The notes under the pieces were generated by a model that was given only the letters and a program-made list of their open reading frames with translations, was not told the DNA's origin and searched no databases. The position numbers were made by a program, and so were the translations under genes. A stretch of DNA of 64,000 nucleotides, taken from positions 7,367-71,366 of the forward strand of contig JAFWVY010000010.1 in NCBI GenBank assembly GCA_017523725.1, read 5' to 3'. Each line of letters opens with the position of its first letter. The stretch's first letter is position 1. This document shows positions 26,564-35,512 of this stretch, piece after piece. This DNA is from Bacteroidales bacterium. GTDB taxonomy: Bacteria; Bacteroidota; Bacteroidia; Bacteroidales; UBA4181.

Positions 26564-29214
26564 TGTTCTCTGAATAAGCCGGCGTGTCCGGTGCGGAAAC
26601 TGCGGAGATACGACTGGACGGCCCCTGTGGATTCAAGCAGCCGGAGATCTTCTTCTGTAATCAGGAAGAAGAAACCTTCGCCCCGCAAGTGCTCCTGCAT
26701 GGCGGGTGTCTCCGCAAATTTCAGGTAATACTTTTCGGCATCCTGTATGCGCCGGAACGGCGATACCGTGAGGATGACGGCCTCGCGCGGCATGTCGGTC
26801 CGCGAAATTTCGAGGTCGGCTCCCGGATAGTTGCTGACGGTGAAGTCTGTCAGGTCGAAGACAAGCTGGTTGAGGTCTTCCTGGGCCGAAAGATACCAGC
26901 CGAAGATCTGCGGCCGGGCCCGGTCGCAGGTAAATTGCAGCGAGTCGACCTCCCCGGTGTCGGACAGGCGGCCGGCCATTTCTGCCGTTGTCTGGTAATT
27001 GGCGAATGCCGACAGGATATCGGCGGCGGCAGCAGCCACTTCCTCCCGCGGATAGCGTTCGATGACCTGCCGCATTTCCGTCCGGAGGGTGTCGATGTTT
27101 TGGCTGCGCCGGCTGGCGGACAAGGCGCGGAGGTAGGCGAACTGCGGCAGGGAGACGTCGTCGGTGAACAAGTTGAAGGCCTGGTCGGCCATGGCGATGA
27201 CCGCATCGTCCTCCCGTTGCTGGTATTTGTCGTATGTCTGCCGGTACCATTGTTCAGCTGTTTCGCGGGCAGAGGTCCGACGGGCGAGGAATTCCGGGTC
27301 GTCCAGCATGCGTGCATAGACGCTGCCGGGTGCGACGGCGTTCAGGGTACGGCGGCTGGCGGTGGCCCGTTCCGTGTCTCCCAGCGAGGTATAGAGCCGG
27401 GTCAGAGCGAAGTAGGCATAGGGACCATAGTCGGATTCCGGGTACCTGGACAGCAGCTCTTCATATTGTTTCACTGCGGCCGCAGCATCTCCGAGAAAAG
27501 AATCGTAGATGTCGGCGCTGCCGGCAAGGGCCTCCTGAATCTTCCGGTGAGAGAGGGCGAGAGCTTCCTCAGTGCGGGGCAGGTCCTGCGTGTAGAAATC
27601 GTGTTCATGCGTGTCGGTGATACGCGTCTGCTGCGTTGTGTCGGCTTCGGCTGCCGCGGCGGTCTCGGGGGTTCTGTACACGATGTCACGGTTGCTGCGG
27701 CGCCAGTCGTCCTCAAGCGTGCGTTTTCCCCATCGTAGTGCGAATTCGTTGGCTCCACGCGATTTGGCTGTGTTACTGTAGAAGTACCATTGGTTTTCTG
27801 TCCCGGCGATGGCTCCCGACTGCCTTGCGCGCTGGTTGTAATACTGCCTCAGGCGGGCTTGCTCCGCTTCGGCGGCCTTTTGTTCTTTTTCGCGGAGTTC
27901 CCCGATGGTCTGTTCAATCAGAGATTCCAGTTCTTCCTCCGGCATGGCGGCCATCCGTTGCAGGCTGTCTTCGCGCTGGATTGCTTCCAGATGACGCATC
28001 AGGGTTCTCCGGTTTTTTGCGCGGTCCTGTATTTCGGCATATTGCGGATGAAGGGTGGTGATGGCCTGCAGGGTTGAGTCGTAATAGGCACCGGCCGTCT
28101 CATATTGTTTCCGGTCGAAAAAAAAATCGGCCACCCTCCGGCAGGATTCGCCGCGCAGCGGATCCCGTCCCCGGGTCAGTGCCGCTGCCTGGCAATAGAG
28201 CGGGACCGCTTCGTCCAGACGGCCTTCTTCGGCATAGACATTGGCCAGCGCATAATAGATTTGATTGCGTCGCGACTGGTTGCGGGGCCGTTTCGCCATG
28301 ACGGACAGGTCGTGCTTGATGGTTTCCCGGTCGCCCTGTGCCGCCAGAATCTTGGCGTGTTCCATCTGTGCCGCGAAGCGCATCGCCTCGGGCGCGCCGC
28401 TGCGGGCAACCTGTCGGTACTGCTGTCCGGCCCGGCCGTTATCGCCCTTCAGTGCGTAAAGCTGCGCCAGCAGATAGCCGATGCGGTGCTTCGTGCCGCC
28501 GGGAACGGCCCGGCTGTGCTGCAGCTCCTCCAGCATCGGGAGAACCTGGTCGAAGTCTTCCTGTTGCAGCAGCAGGTCGGCCTGCAGCAGCCGCAACTCT
28601 GTCCTGAAAGCGGCCCGGTCGGGCAGTGACCGGTCGTCCAGCAAGGCCTGCAACCGGCTTTGCGCCTGTTTGAAATCCTTCTGTACCAGCAGGGTTCTGA
28701 CGCGCCATAGCTCGGACGTATATACAATCGGATCCTGCGGGAAAATCTCGGTGATGCGGTCGAAGGTCTTTATGGCGTTGTAATAATCCTGCAGATAGAA
28801 ATAGGATTTTCCCGACAGAAGATAGCATTGAGCGATGTACGGGTTGAACTCGTTCTTTGCATAGAACCGCTGTTCGGCTGCGGTCATGTTCTTCTGTCCG
28901 ATGTCGGGCTTGGCTTTGATGGAATGCAGCGAGACAGCCGTTTCCGCTTTCTGGACGGCGGTCTCGAACGACTCGGCACCGGCCGTGACAGGAACGGATT
29001 CGTAAGGGAACAGCGGCAAAGGCCGGGTATAGTCTTCCTGATAGGCATTCGCGACGGCCTCCATGCCGGCCCTGAACTGTTCCTGTGCGTTGAACAGGAT
29101 GTTGTATTTGGTAGTGACGCTGTGGTAGGATCGGGAGAACGGCGTGTTCCTTTGCGTGGAACATCCAGCGAGGCACAGCAGCAGGGCAAGCCCGGCAAAG
29201 ACTTTGCGCAGCAC
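26560..29214 (-). CDS. porW: Candidate nested product from internal GTG 29214: PorW/SprE-like T9SS TPR lipoprotein (884 aa)
   Basis: GTG at 29214..29212 is in frame (codon 403). It would give (M)LRKVFAGLALLLCLAGC, a canonical lipoprotein signal with lipobox LAGC. The following NTPFSRSYHSVTTKYNILFN resembles the PorW/SprE N-terminus as I recall it. Confidence 0.45.
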   Translation of the reverse strand: MLRKVFAGLALLLCLAGCSTQRNTPFSRSYHSVTTKYNILFNAQEQFRAGMEAVANAYQEDYTRPLPLFPYESVPVTAGAESFETAVQKAETAVSLHSIKAKPDIGQKNMTAAEQRFYAKNEFNPYIAQCYLLSGKSYFYLQDYYNAIKTFDRITEIFPQDPIVYTSELWRVRTLLVQKDFKQAQSRLQALLDDRSLPDRAAFRTELRLLQADLLLQQEDFDQVLPMLEELQHSRAVPGGTKHRIGYLLAQLYALKGDNGRAGQQYRQVARSGAPEAMRFAAQMEHAKILAAQGDRETIKHDLSVMAKRPRNQSRRNQIYYALANVYAEEGRLDEAVPLYCQAAALTRGRDPLRGESCRRVADFFFDRKQYETAGAYYDSTLQAITTLHPQYAEIQDRAKNRRTLMRHLEAIQREDSLQRMAAMPEEELESLIEQTIGELREKEQKAAEAEQARLRQYYNQRARQSGAIAGTENQWYFYSNTAKSRGANEFALRWGKRTLEDDWRRSNRDIVYRTPETAAAAEADTTQQTRITDTHEHDFYTQDLPRTEEALALSHRKIQEALAGSADIYDSFLGDAAAAVKQYEELLSRYPESDYGPYAYFALTRLYTSLGDTERATASRRTLNAVAPGSVYARMLDDPEFLARRTSARETAEQWYRQTYDKYQQREDDAVIAMADQAFNLFTDDVSLPQFAYLRALSASRRSQNIDTLRTEMRQVIERYPREEVAAAAADILSAFANYQTTAEMAGRLSDTGEVDSLQFTCDRARPQIFGWYLSAQEDLNQLVFDLTDFTVSNYPGADLEISRTDMPREAVILTVSPFRRIQDAEKYYLKFAETPAMQEHLRGEGFFFLITEEDLRLLESTGAVQSYLRSFRTGHAGLFREQ

Positions 29215-30420
29215 GGCGGCGGTAGCGCCTTTGCCTTGTCCGACGAAACGGCCTGCCTTGTCACCGGCGTCCTTCCGGTGTCCTGCGTGGTCCAGCCAGT
29301 CATTCAGGCACGCTTCCAGCCCTTCGTAGTCCGAAATAGTGCGGGCGCCGCCGCAGGCAATCAGATCGACCGCTTCCTGGAACCCGGTGTAAGCCGGCCC
29401 GAAGATGACGGGAATGCCGTAGACGGCCGCTTCGAGGGTGTTGTGGATGCCGCGTCCGAAACCGCCGCCGATGTAGGCGATGGCGGCATACTGGTAAACA
29501 GCCGACAGCATGCCCATGTTGTCGATGATCATCACTTCGAAACCGGAGAGGTCTCCGGCCGTTCCGGCCTGCGTGTAGCGGACCGCTTTCTTCCGAATGG
29601 CGTCCAGGATGCGTTGTACATGTGCTTCATCGATTTCGTGCGGAGCGATAATCCATTTGAGCGGCCGGTCCGAGGTGTTGAGATACCGGATCAGCAGGGC
29701 TTCGTCGGGCGGCCAGGAACTGCCCGCCACGATGCATGTACGCCCGGCAGCAAAACGTTCGACCGCTGCAATGGCAGGTGCTTCGGCGGCGATACGGCAG
29801 ACCCGGTCGAACCGGGTGTCGCCTGTCACTGTGACGTTGCGGATGCCGATGCCCTCCAGCAACTGCTGCGAACGTTCGTTCTGGACAAACAGGTGTGAGA
29901 ACATGTGGAGCATCTTCCGGAACCATCCGCCGTACCATTTGAAAAACACTTGGCCGGGACGGAAATTTGCCGAGACCAAGAATGTCGGAATGTTCTTGTC
30001 CTGCAAGGCGGCCAGCATATTCCGCCAGAATTCGTATTTGATGAAGAAGGCCTTTTCCGGCCGTATCAGTTGTACGAACCGGCGGGCGTTGGCCCGGGTG
30101 TCTGCCGGCAGATACCAGACATAGTCGGCTTGTGCGTAATTTTTCCGGATTTCGTAGCCTGACGGCGAGAAAAAAGTCAGGACAATCTTGTGTCCGGGAT
30201 GCTGCTCCCGAAGGGCCTCAATGAGCGGCCGCCCCTGCTCGAACTCTCCGAGCGAGGCGCAGTGTATCCAGAACCGCCGTTCGTCCTGCCCGGTTTCCGC
30301 CGCAATGCGGCTCATCAGATGCCGCCTGCCCGCCACCCACTGCGCCGCCTTCTTGTTGCCTGTGGCGGCCGCGATGCGGATGGCCAGCGTATAGAGGAAT
30401 ATGAAGCAGGAATACAGCAT
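26560..30420 (-). CDS. waaA: Single 1286-codon ORF: 3-deoxy-D-manno-octulosonic acid (Kdo) transferase WaaA/KdtA domain (aa 1 to ~400) continuous in frame with a PorW/SprE-like TPR lipoprotein (aa 403-1286)
   Basis: N-terminal part: FWIHCASLGEFEQGRPLIEALREQHPGHKIVLTFFSPSGYE...IGGGFGRGIHNTLEAAVYGIPVIFGP (GT30 Kdo transferase). There is no stop codon before VLRKVFAGLALLLCLAGCSTQRNTPFSRSYHSVTTKYNILFNAQEQF... and the long TPR-like repeats that follow. Confidence 0.8.
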   Translation of the reverse strand: MLYSCFIFLYTLAIRIAAATGNKKAAQWVAGRRHLMSRIAAETGQDERRFWIHCASLGEFEQGRPLIEALREQHPGHKIVLTFFSPSGYEIRKNYAQADYVWYLPADTRANARRFVQLIRPEKAFFIKYEFWRNMLAALQDKNIPTFLVSANFRPGQVFFKWYGGWFRKMLHMFSHLFVQNERSQQLLEGIGIRNVTVTGDTRFDRVCRIAAEAPAIAAVERFAAGRTCIVAGSSWPPDEALLIRYLNTSDRPLKWIIAPHEIDEAHVQRILDAIRKKAVRYTQAGTAGDLSGFEVMIIDNMGMLSAVYQYAAIAYIGGGFGRGIHNTLEAAVYGIPVIFGPAYTGFQEAVDLIACGGARTISDYEGLEACLNDWLDHAGHRKDAGDKAGRFVGQGKGATAAVLRKVFAGLALLLCLAGCSTQRNTPFSRSYHSVTTKYNILFNAQEQFRAGMEAVANAYQEDYTRPLPLFPYESVPVTAGAESFETAVQKAETAVSLHSIKAKPDIGQKNMTAAEQRFYAKNEFNPYIAQCYLLSGKSYFYLQDYYNAIKTFDRITEIFPQDPIVYTSELWRVRTLLVQKDFKQAQSRLQALLDDRSLPDRAAFRTELRLLQADLLLQQEDFDQVLPMLEELQHSRAVPGGTKHRIGYLLAQLYALKGDNGRAGQQYRQVARSGAPEAMRFAAQMEHAKILAAQGDRETIKHDLSVMAKRPRNQSRRNQIYYALANVYAEEGRLDEAVPLYCQAAALTRGRDPLRGESCRRVADFFFDRKQYETAGAYYDSTLQAITTLHPQYAEIQDRAKNRRTLMRHLEAIQREDSLQRMAAMPEEELESLIEQTIGELREKEQKAAEAEQARLRQYYNQRARQSGAIAGTENQWYFYSNTAKSRGANEFALRWGKRTLEDDWRRSNRDIVYRTPETAAAAEADTTQQTRITDTHEHDFYTQDLPRTEEALALSHRKIQEALAGSADIYDSFLGDAAAAVKQYEELLSRYPESDYGPYAYFALTRLYTSLGDTERATASRRTLNAVAPGSVYARMLDDPEFLARRTSARETAEQWYRQTYDKYQQREDDAVIAMADQAFNLFTDDVSLPQFAYLRALSASRRSQNIDTLRTEMRQVIERYPREEVAAAAADILSAFANYQTTAEMAGRLSDTGEVDSLQFTCDRARPQIFGWYLSAQEDLNQLVFDLTDFTVSNYPGADLEISRTDMPREAVILTVSPFRRIQDAEKYYLKFAETPAMQEHLRGEGFFFLITEEDLRLLESTGAVQSYLRSFRTGHAGLFREQ

Positions 30421-30432
30421 CGGACGGAGTGG

Positions 30433-32124
30433 TTATTCTCCCATTTTCCTGGCCCAGGAGTCCTTCATCGTCACCGTGCGGTTGAACACGGGGCGTTCAG
30501 GCGTGCTGTCCGGGTCGGTGCAGAAATAACCGACGCGTTCGAACTGGAATTTGTCGCCGGGCACCGTCCCTTTGAGGAACGGCTCGACCTTGCCGGTAAG
30601 CACGGTCAGCGAATCGGGATTCAGGTTGTCTTTGTAGTCATGCCCTTCGGCGGTGTCATCGGGATTTTCGACGCTGAAAAGCCGGTCGTACAGCCGGATT
30701 TCGGCATCCACGGCGTGCCGTGCCGACACCCAGTGGATCGTGCCCTTGACCTTGCGTCCGTCGGGCGACTGCCCGCCTTTGGAGGACGGATCGTAGGTGC
30801 AGCGCAGTTCCGTTACTTGCCCGTCGGCATCCTTGACAACTTCGTTGCACTTGATGAAATAGCCGTAGCGCAGCCTCACCTCCGCACCGGGGGCCAGCCG
30901 GAAATATTTCTTCGGCGGATCTTCCATGAAATCGTCGCGGTCGATCCACAGGGTCCCGGAGAACGGTACCTGCCGCGTGCCCTGCGACGGGTCTTCCGGG
31001 TTGTTGACGGCTTCCAGCCATTCTTCTCCGTTTTCGGGATAGTTGGTGATGGTCACCTTCAGCGGATGCAGGACGGCCAGTACGCGGGAGGCGATTTTGT
31101 TGAGATGCTCGCGGATGCAGAATTCCAGCAGCGAGTATTCGATGACGTTGTCCCGTTTGGCCACGCCGACACGTTCGGCGAAGTTCCTGATGGATTCGGG
31201 CGTGTAGCCGCGGCGGCGCAGACCGCAGATGGTCGGCATGCGCGGATCGTCCCATCCGGCCACATAGTGCTGCTTGACCAGTTCGAGCAGTTTGCGTTTG
31301 CTCATCACGGTATAATTGATGTTCAGCCGTGCGAACTCAATCTGCTGCGGGGCATGGATGCCCAGTTCCCGGATGAACCACTCGTACAGCGGCCGGTGCA
31401 CCTCGAACTCCAGCGTGCAGACGGAGTGGGTGACGCCTTCGACCGAGTCGCTCTGTCCGTGGGCGTAGTCGTACATGGGATAGATGCACCACTTGTTCCC
31501 TGTGCGGTGGTGCGGCGCATGGATGATGCGGTACATGACCGGGTCGCGCATGTGCATGTTGGGCGAGGCCAGGTCGATTTTAGCCCGCAGGGTTTTCTCT
31601 CCGTCCTTGAATTCGCCGCGGCGCATCCGTTCGAACAGGTCCAGATTCTCCTCCACGGAACGGTTCCGGTACGGGCTCGGTGTTGCCGGTACCTGCGGGG
31701 TGCCCCGGTCGCGGCTGATCTGCTCTTGCGACAGGTCGCAGACATAGGCCTTCCCTTTCTTGATGAGCTGTACGGCCCACGCATAAAGCTGCTCGAAGTA
31801 GTCGGAGGCGTAGAATTCGTTGGCCCAGTTGAACCCCAGCCAGTGGATGTCCTCGCGGATGGCATCCACGTATTCGGTGTCCTCCTTGGCCGGATTCGTG
31901 TCGTCGAACCGCAGGTTGCAGATGCCGTTGTATTTCTGTGCGAGGCCGAAATTCAGGCAGATAGACTTGGCGTGCCCGATATGCAGGTAGCCGTTGGGCT
32001 CCGGCGGGAACCGGGTCTGCACTCTGCCGCCGTTCTTTCCGTTGCGAATGTCTTCTTCGATGATGGCATGGATGAAATTCTGCGATGCCGACTTCTCTTC
32101 GATGGTTGTTCCGTCTGTATTCAT
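30433..32124 (-). CDS. glnS: Glutamine--tRNA ligase
   Basis: [24 protein letters not shown] (HIGH) and VMSKRKL (KMSKS). 563 aa. Confidence 0.97.
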   Translation of the reverse strand: MNTDGTTIEEKSASQNFIHAIIEEDIRNGKNGGRVQTRFPPEPNGYLHIGHAKSICLNFGLAQKYNGICNLRFDDTNPAKEDTEYVDAIREDIHWLGFNWANEFYASDYFEQLYAWAVQLIKKGKAYVCDLSQEQISRDRGTPQVPATPSPYRNRSVEENLDLFERMRRGEFKDGEKTLRAKIDLASPNMHMRDPVMYRIIHAPHHRTGNKWCIYPMYDYAHGQSDSVEGVTHSVCTLEFEVHRPLYEWFIRELGIHAPQQIEFARLNINYTVMSKRKLLELVKQHYVAGWDDPRMPTICGLRRRGYTPESIRNFAERVGVAKRDNVIEYSLLEFCIREHLNKIASRVLAVLHPLKVTITNYPENGEEWLEAVNNPEDPSQGTRQVPFSGTLWIDRDDFMEDPPKKYFRLAPGAEVRLRYGYFIKCNEVVKDADGQVTELRCTYDPSSKGGQSPDGRKVKGTIHWVSARHAVDAEIRLYDRLFSVENPDDTAEGHDYKDNLNPDSLTVLTGKVEPFLKGTVPGDKFQFERVGYFCTDPDSTPERPVFNRTVTMKDSWARKMGE

Positions 32125-32177
32125 ATGCGGTGTTTTGGCCGGTTTCGGCGATGATGCCGGAATGTGGCTTAAAAATG

Positions 32178-32185
32178 CAAATGTA
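32178..32185 (-). promoter_or_regulatory. Putative -7 box (TACATTTG) for glnS-waaA/porW-porX
   Basis: Plus strand caaatgta. Exact TAnnTTTG ending 53 nt upstream of the glnS ATG. Confidence 0.45.
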
Positions 32186-32268
32186 ATGAAAATACCGGAA
32201 AGTATGACGGTTGGGACAGGAATGTCGGCCGTGCGGGCACCATGGATGAAAGTCCGTCCGGCGACGGG

Positions 32269-34284
32269 TTACTCGCCTCCCCGCATGCGTTCGAGCCCCT
32301 GTTGCAGGAATCTGACAAACAAATCGGGGTTGAGGTTGTATCCGTAGACCGGTGCCAGTAATTCTCCGGAAGGAGACTGCAGGAGATAGGCCGGTTCGGC
32401 GCTGACCCCGTATCGCGTCTCGGCGATGTGGGCGTTGATGCGGCCGATGGTTTTCAGCACTTTCCCCGAGACCGTCACCCAGTCCGAAGCTTCCGCCTCG
32501 GTGCGGTCGTCGACATAGAGCGCCACCGGCACATAGTGGTCGCGCAGCAGTTCGAGCACCCTTTCGTCGCTCCATACCCTGGCCTCCATTTCCCGGCAGT
32601 TGACACATCCGTGTCCGGTGAAATCGATGAAAAGCGGTTTCCCTGTCGCGGTGGCGTACGCTTCGGCCTGCTGCAGGTCGAAGAATCCGGTCAGACCGTG
32701 CGGCAGCGACAGTTTGTCGGCATATTTGATGCTGTCGGTCAGACCGTAATCGGCCACCATGCCTGTCGTTTTCTGCGGCGGGAGATATCCGGACAGCATT
32801 TTGAGCGGTGCGCCCCAGAGTCCGGGAATCATGTAGGCGACAAATGCCAGCGTGAGCAGGGCGAACCCGGCCCTTCCCCACGAAAGCCCCTTCCGTTTCT
32901 CGCCGTGGAAACGCAGGATGCGCAGCAGGTAGAGTGCCAGGCAGAGGAAAAGTACAATCCAGATAATCAAGTAGGTAGTGCGTCCCAGGATGCCCCAGTG
33001 ATAGGTCTGGTCCGCCACGCTCAGGAATTTGAATCCGAGTGCCAGTTCGATGAAGGCGATGCTGATCTTTACGGTTTCCAGCCACTGCCCGCTGTGCGGC
33101 CAGCGGGAGAGCCAGGCCGGGAACAAGGCAAAGAGCGTGAACGGCAGCGCGAATGTGATGGCATAGACCGCCATGGCGGCCACCGGAATCCAGAATTCAC
33201 CCGAGAGCGATTTGATGAGGACGGTGCCCACGATCGGCCCGGTGCATGAGAAAGAAACCAGTACCAGCGTGAGTGCCATGAAGAAGATGCCGGTCCATCC
33301 GATGGTCCGGGTCCGTTGGTCGGCCCGGTTCACCCACCGGGCGGGCAGCTGCAGGTTGAAAAAGCCGAAAAAGGAGGCTGCGAAGACCATGAAAACGATG
33401 AAAAACAGCACGTTGGGAATCCAGTGCGTCGAAATCCAGTTCAGCGTGTCGGCGGTGAATACTTGCCGGCCGAAAAGACGTCCCATGCCCACGACGAGGG
33501 CGATGGGCACCGTGTAGATCAGGACGATGCACAGACCGTACAGAAGGGCGCGCATGCGTTTCAACGTGTCGGAGCCTTCTCCGCGCAGGAAGAATGAAAT
33601 CGTCATGGGAACCATCGGAAAAACACAGGGCGTCAGGATGGCGGCTATGCCCCACAGCATGGCCTCGAGAAGCAGGCGCCACCAGGTGGACTGCGTGGTT
33701 GCAGCAGGCACAGTCCTGCCATCGGCCGGCTTGACTTCCGTCGTTCCGCCGAGGTCTCCCGGTATGGGGAACGTTTCGACGGCGAAGCGTGCCGTCTGCC
33801 TGTTGTCGGCCGCTATCGGCACGGCCTGTTCCGCCATGCCGCCGAGGATGACAGTGATGACAGTGTCGCGCGGCGGCATGCAGCTGACATCGTTGCAGAT
33901 CATCCATTCCAGATTCGCTTCGACGCGGACCGGAAGTGTCTGACATGCGATGCGCTGGGAAAAGACGATGGAATCCTTGTAGCTGCCGATTTCCATTTGG
34001 AAAAGTTCCTCGAACGTCTTGTCCGCCGGCCGTTCCGGCCGCACGGAACCGTTGGCAGTTCCCCCTTCCCCGACCTCGCAGACAATGCTGGTCGGATAGG
34101 GTCCGTCGTGCCCGTAGGGTCCGAGGTCGTACATGTGCCACCCTTCCGGAATCGTTGCCTTGAAGGTGATGTCAAAAGCGTTGTCGCCGGCCGGAACGAC
34201 GTCGTGCCGCCACGTCACGGCGGTCCGTGCAGCGGCGGTCGTCAGGGTGAAAAGCATCAGCAGTGCGACGCAGAAGTGTTTCAT
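32269..34284 (-). CDS. dsbD: DsbD-like thiol:disulfide interchange protein (N-terminal periplasmic domain, DsbD transmembrane core, C-terminal thioredoxin domain)
   Basis: TM cysteines in LTPCVFPMVP and SFSCTGPIVG. Thioredoxin CxxC in FTGHGCVNCREME. Start trimmed to ATG 34284 (MKHFCVALLMLFTLTTAAA...). Confidence 0.85.
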   Translation of the reverse strand: MKHFCVALLMLFTLTTAAARTAVTWRHDVVPAGDNAFDITFKATIPEGWHMYDLGPYGHDGPYPTSIVCEVGEGGTANGSVRPERPADKTFEELFQMEIGSYKDSIVFSQRIACQTLPVRVEANLEWMICNDVSCMPPRDTVITVILGGMAEQAVPIAADNRQTARFAVETFPIPGDLGGTTEVKPADGRTVPAATTQSTWWRLLLEAMLWGIAAILTPCVFPMVPMTISFFLRGEGSDTLKRMRALLYGLCIVLIYTVPIALVVGMGRLFGRQVFTADTLNWISTHWIPNVLFFIVFMVFAASFFGFFNLQLPARWVNRADQRTRTIGWTGIFFMALTLVLVSFSCTGPIVGTVLIKSLSGEFWIPVAAMAVYAITFALPFTLFALFPAWLSRWPHSGQWLETVKISIAFIELALGFKFLSVADQTYHWGILGRTTYLIIWIVLFLCLALYLLRILRFHGEKRKGLSWGRAGFALLTLAFVAYMIPGLWGAPLKMLSGYLPPQKTTGMVADYGLTDSIKYADKLSLPHGLTGFFDLQQAEAYATATGKPLFIDFTGHGCVNCREMEARVWSDERVLELLRDHYVPVALYVDDRTEAEASDWVTVSGKVLKTIGRINAHIAETRYGVSAEPAYLLQSPSGELLAPVYGYNLNPDLFVRFLQQGLERMRGGE

Positions 34285-34340
34285 ATTCTTTCCAGAAGAT
34301 GGTGGTTGGATGATTCTGCCCCCATGAAACGGCAACGTGA

Positions 34341-34348
34341 CAAAGTTA
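34341..34348 (-). promoter_or_regulatory. Putative -7 box (TAACTTTG) for the dsbD-like gene
   Basis: Plus strand caaagtta. Exact TAnnTTTG ending 56 nt upstream of ATG 34284. Confidence 0.4.
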
Positions 34349-34390
34349 TGGATAAATGTATTATATTTACCAATTGTTTTTTTTACGGCC

Positions 34391-35503
34391 ATGTCAAAAG
34401 TATATTTTACGAATCTCAGGACGAAACCCAATGACAATCTGCTTGATAAGCTTGAAAGGTTGGTGCGGAGAGCCGGCATGATGTCCATTGCGTTCGACAA
34501 ACAGTTCGTCGCACTCAAGATCCATTTCGGCGAGACCGGCAACATGGCCTATCTGCGCCCCAACTATGCCGCGCGCATGGTCAGTATCATCCGAGGGGCC
34601 GGCGGGAAGCCGTTCCTTACCGACAGCAATACGCTTTACTCCGGATACCGGAACAATGCGGTAGACCACCTGGAATGCGCCGTGGCGAACGGTTACAATC
34701 CGTTGTCGACGGGTGCGAACGTCATTATCGCGGATGGTCTGAAGGGAACGTCCTACAGAGAAATCGACCTCGGAGGGAAGTACTGCCCGAAGCCGAAGAT
34801 CGGCGCGGCTGTCGCTGATGCTGATATCGTCATTTCGCTGAATCATTTCAAGGGGCATGAGATGGCCGGATTCGGCGGGGCGCTCAAGAATCTGGGCATG
34901 GGCAGCGCGTCCGTGGGAGGCAAGCTGGAACTGCACGCAGCGTCCAAGCCCTACATCGACACGCAGTCCTGCCGGGGCTGCGGAGTCTGTGCCCGTTACT
35001 GTGCGCAGCAGGCCATTGCCATCGTGGACCGCAAGGCGTCGATAGACCATGCAAAGTGCGTGGGATGCGGACAATGCGTGGCGCTCTGCCAGTTCGAGGC
35101 GGCCGTCGTGAACCAGGACGAGACGTCCGAACGTCTCAACTACAAAATCGCGGAATATGCACAGGCTGTTGTCAAGGGCAAGCCGAATTTCCATGTCAAT
35201 TTCATCATGAATGTGTCGCCGGAATGTGACTGCTGGGGCCATAATGATGCGGCCGTCGTGCCCGACCTGGGCATCATGGCATCGTTCGATCCCGTTGCGC
35301 TGGACATGGCTTCGGCCGACATGGTGAACAAGGCGCCGGTGCTGCACACGCACAACCGGCTCGGCGACAAGTACCCGGACGACGATCTCTGCGGCCAGGA
35401 CAAGTTCCACCTGATTCATCCCGACACCGACTGGCTGGCCGGCCTGCAGTATGCCGAGCAGATAGGCCTGGGCAGTATGACGTATGATCTCATCGAAGTA
35501 TAA
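34391..35503 (+). CDS. DUF362-family protein with an inserted 2x[4Fe-4S] ferredoxin module, function unknown
   Basis: MSKVYFTNLRTKPNDNLLDKLERL...KIHFGE...FLTDSNTLY (DUF362 core). Two CxxCxxCxxxC motifs (CRGCGVCARYC, CVGCGQCVALC). Start trimmed to ATG 34391. Confidence 0.8.
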   Translation: MSKVYFTNLRTKPNDNLLDKLERLVRRAGMMSIAFDKQFVALKIHFGETGNMAYLRPNYAARMVSIIRGAGGKPFLTDSNTLYSGYRNNAVDHLECAVANGYNPLSTGANVIIADGLKGTSYREIDLGGKYCPKPKIGAAVADADIVISLNHFKGHEMAGFGGALKNLGMGSASVGGKLELHAASKPYIDTQSCRGCGVCARYCAQQAIAIVDRKASIDHAKCVGCGQCVALCQFEAAVVNQDETSERLNYKIAEYAQAVVKGKPNFHVNFIMNVSPECDCWGHNDAAVVPDLGIMASFDPVALDMASADMVNKAPVLHTHNRLGDKYPDDDLCGQDKFHLIHPDTDWLAGLQYAEQIGLGSMTYDLIEV

Positions 35504-35512
35504 CACCGCCAT

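Noticed and set aside
34285-34545. N-terminal extensions in the ORF track: 34285..34545 (dsbD-like), 12847..12948 (LysM), 17598..17792 (PspC), 18518..18628 (radical SAM), 23930..24016 (Nudix), 48560..48598 (ileS), 52442..52597 (LarA-like), 51601..51642 (SDR) and 17261..17326 (SSF)
   Set aside because: The extensions are non-conserved-looking and often overlap the neighbouring gene, a terminator or the promoter box. In every case an internal ATG gives a canonical N-terminus (signal peptide or conserved family start).
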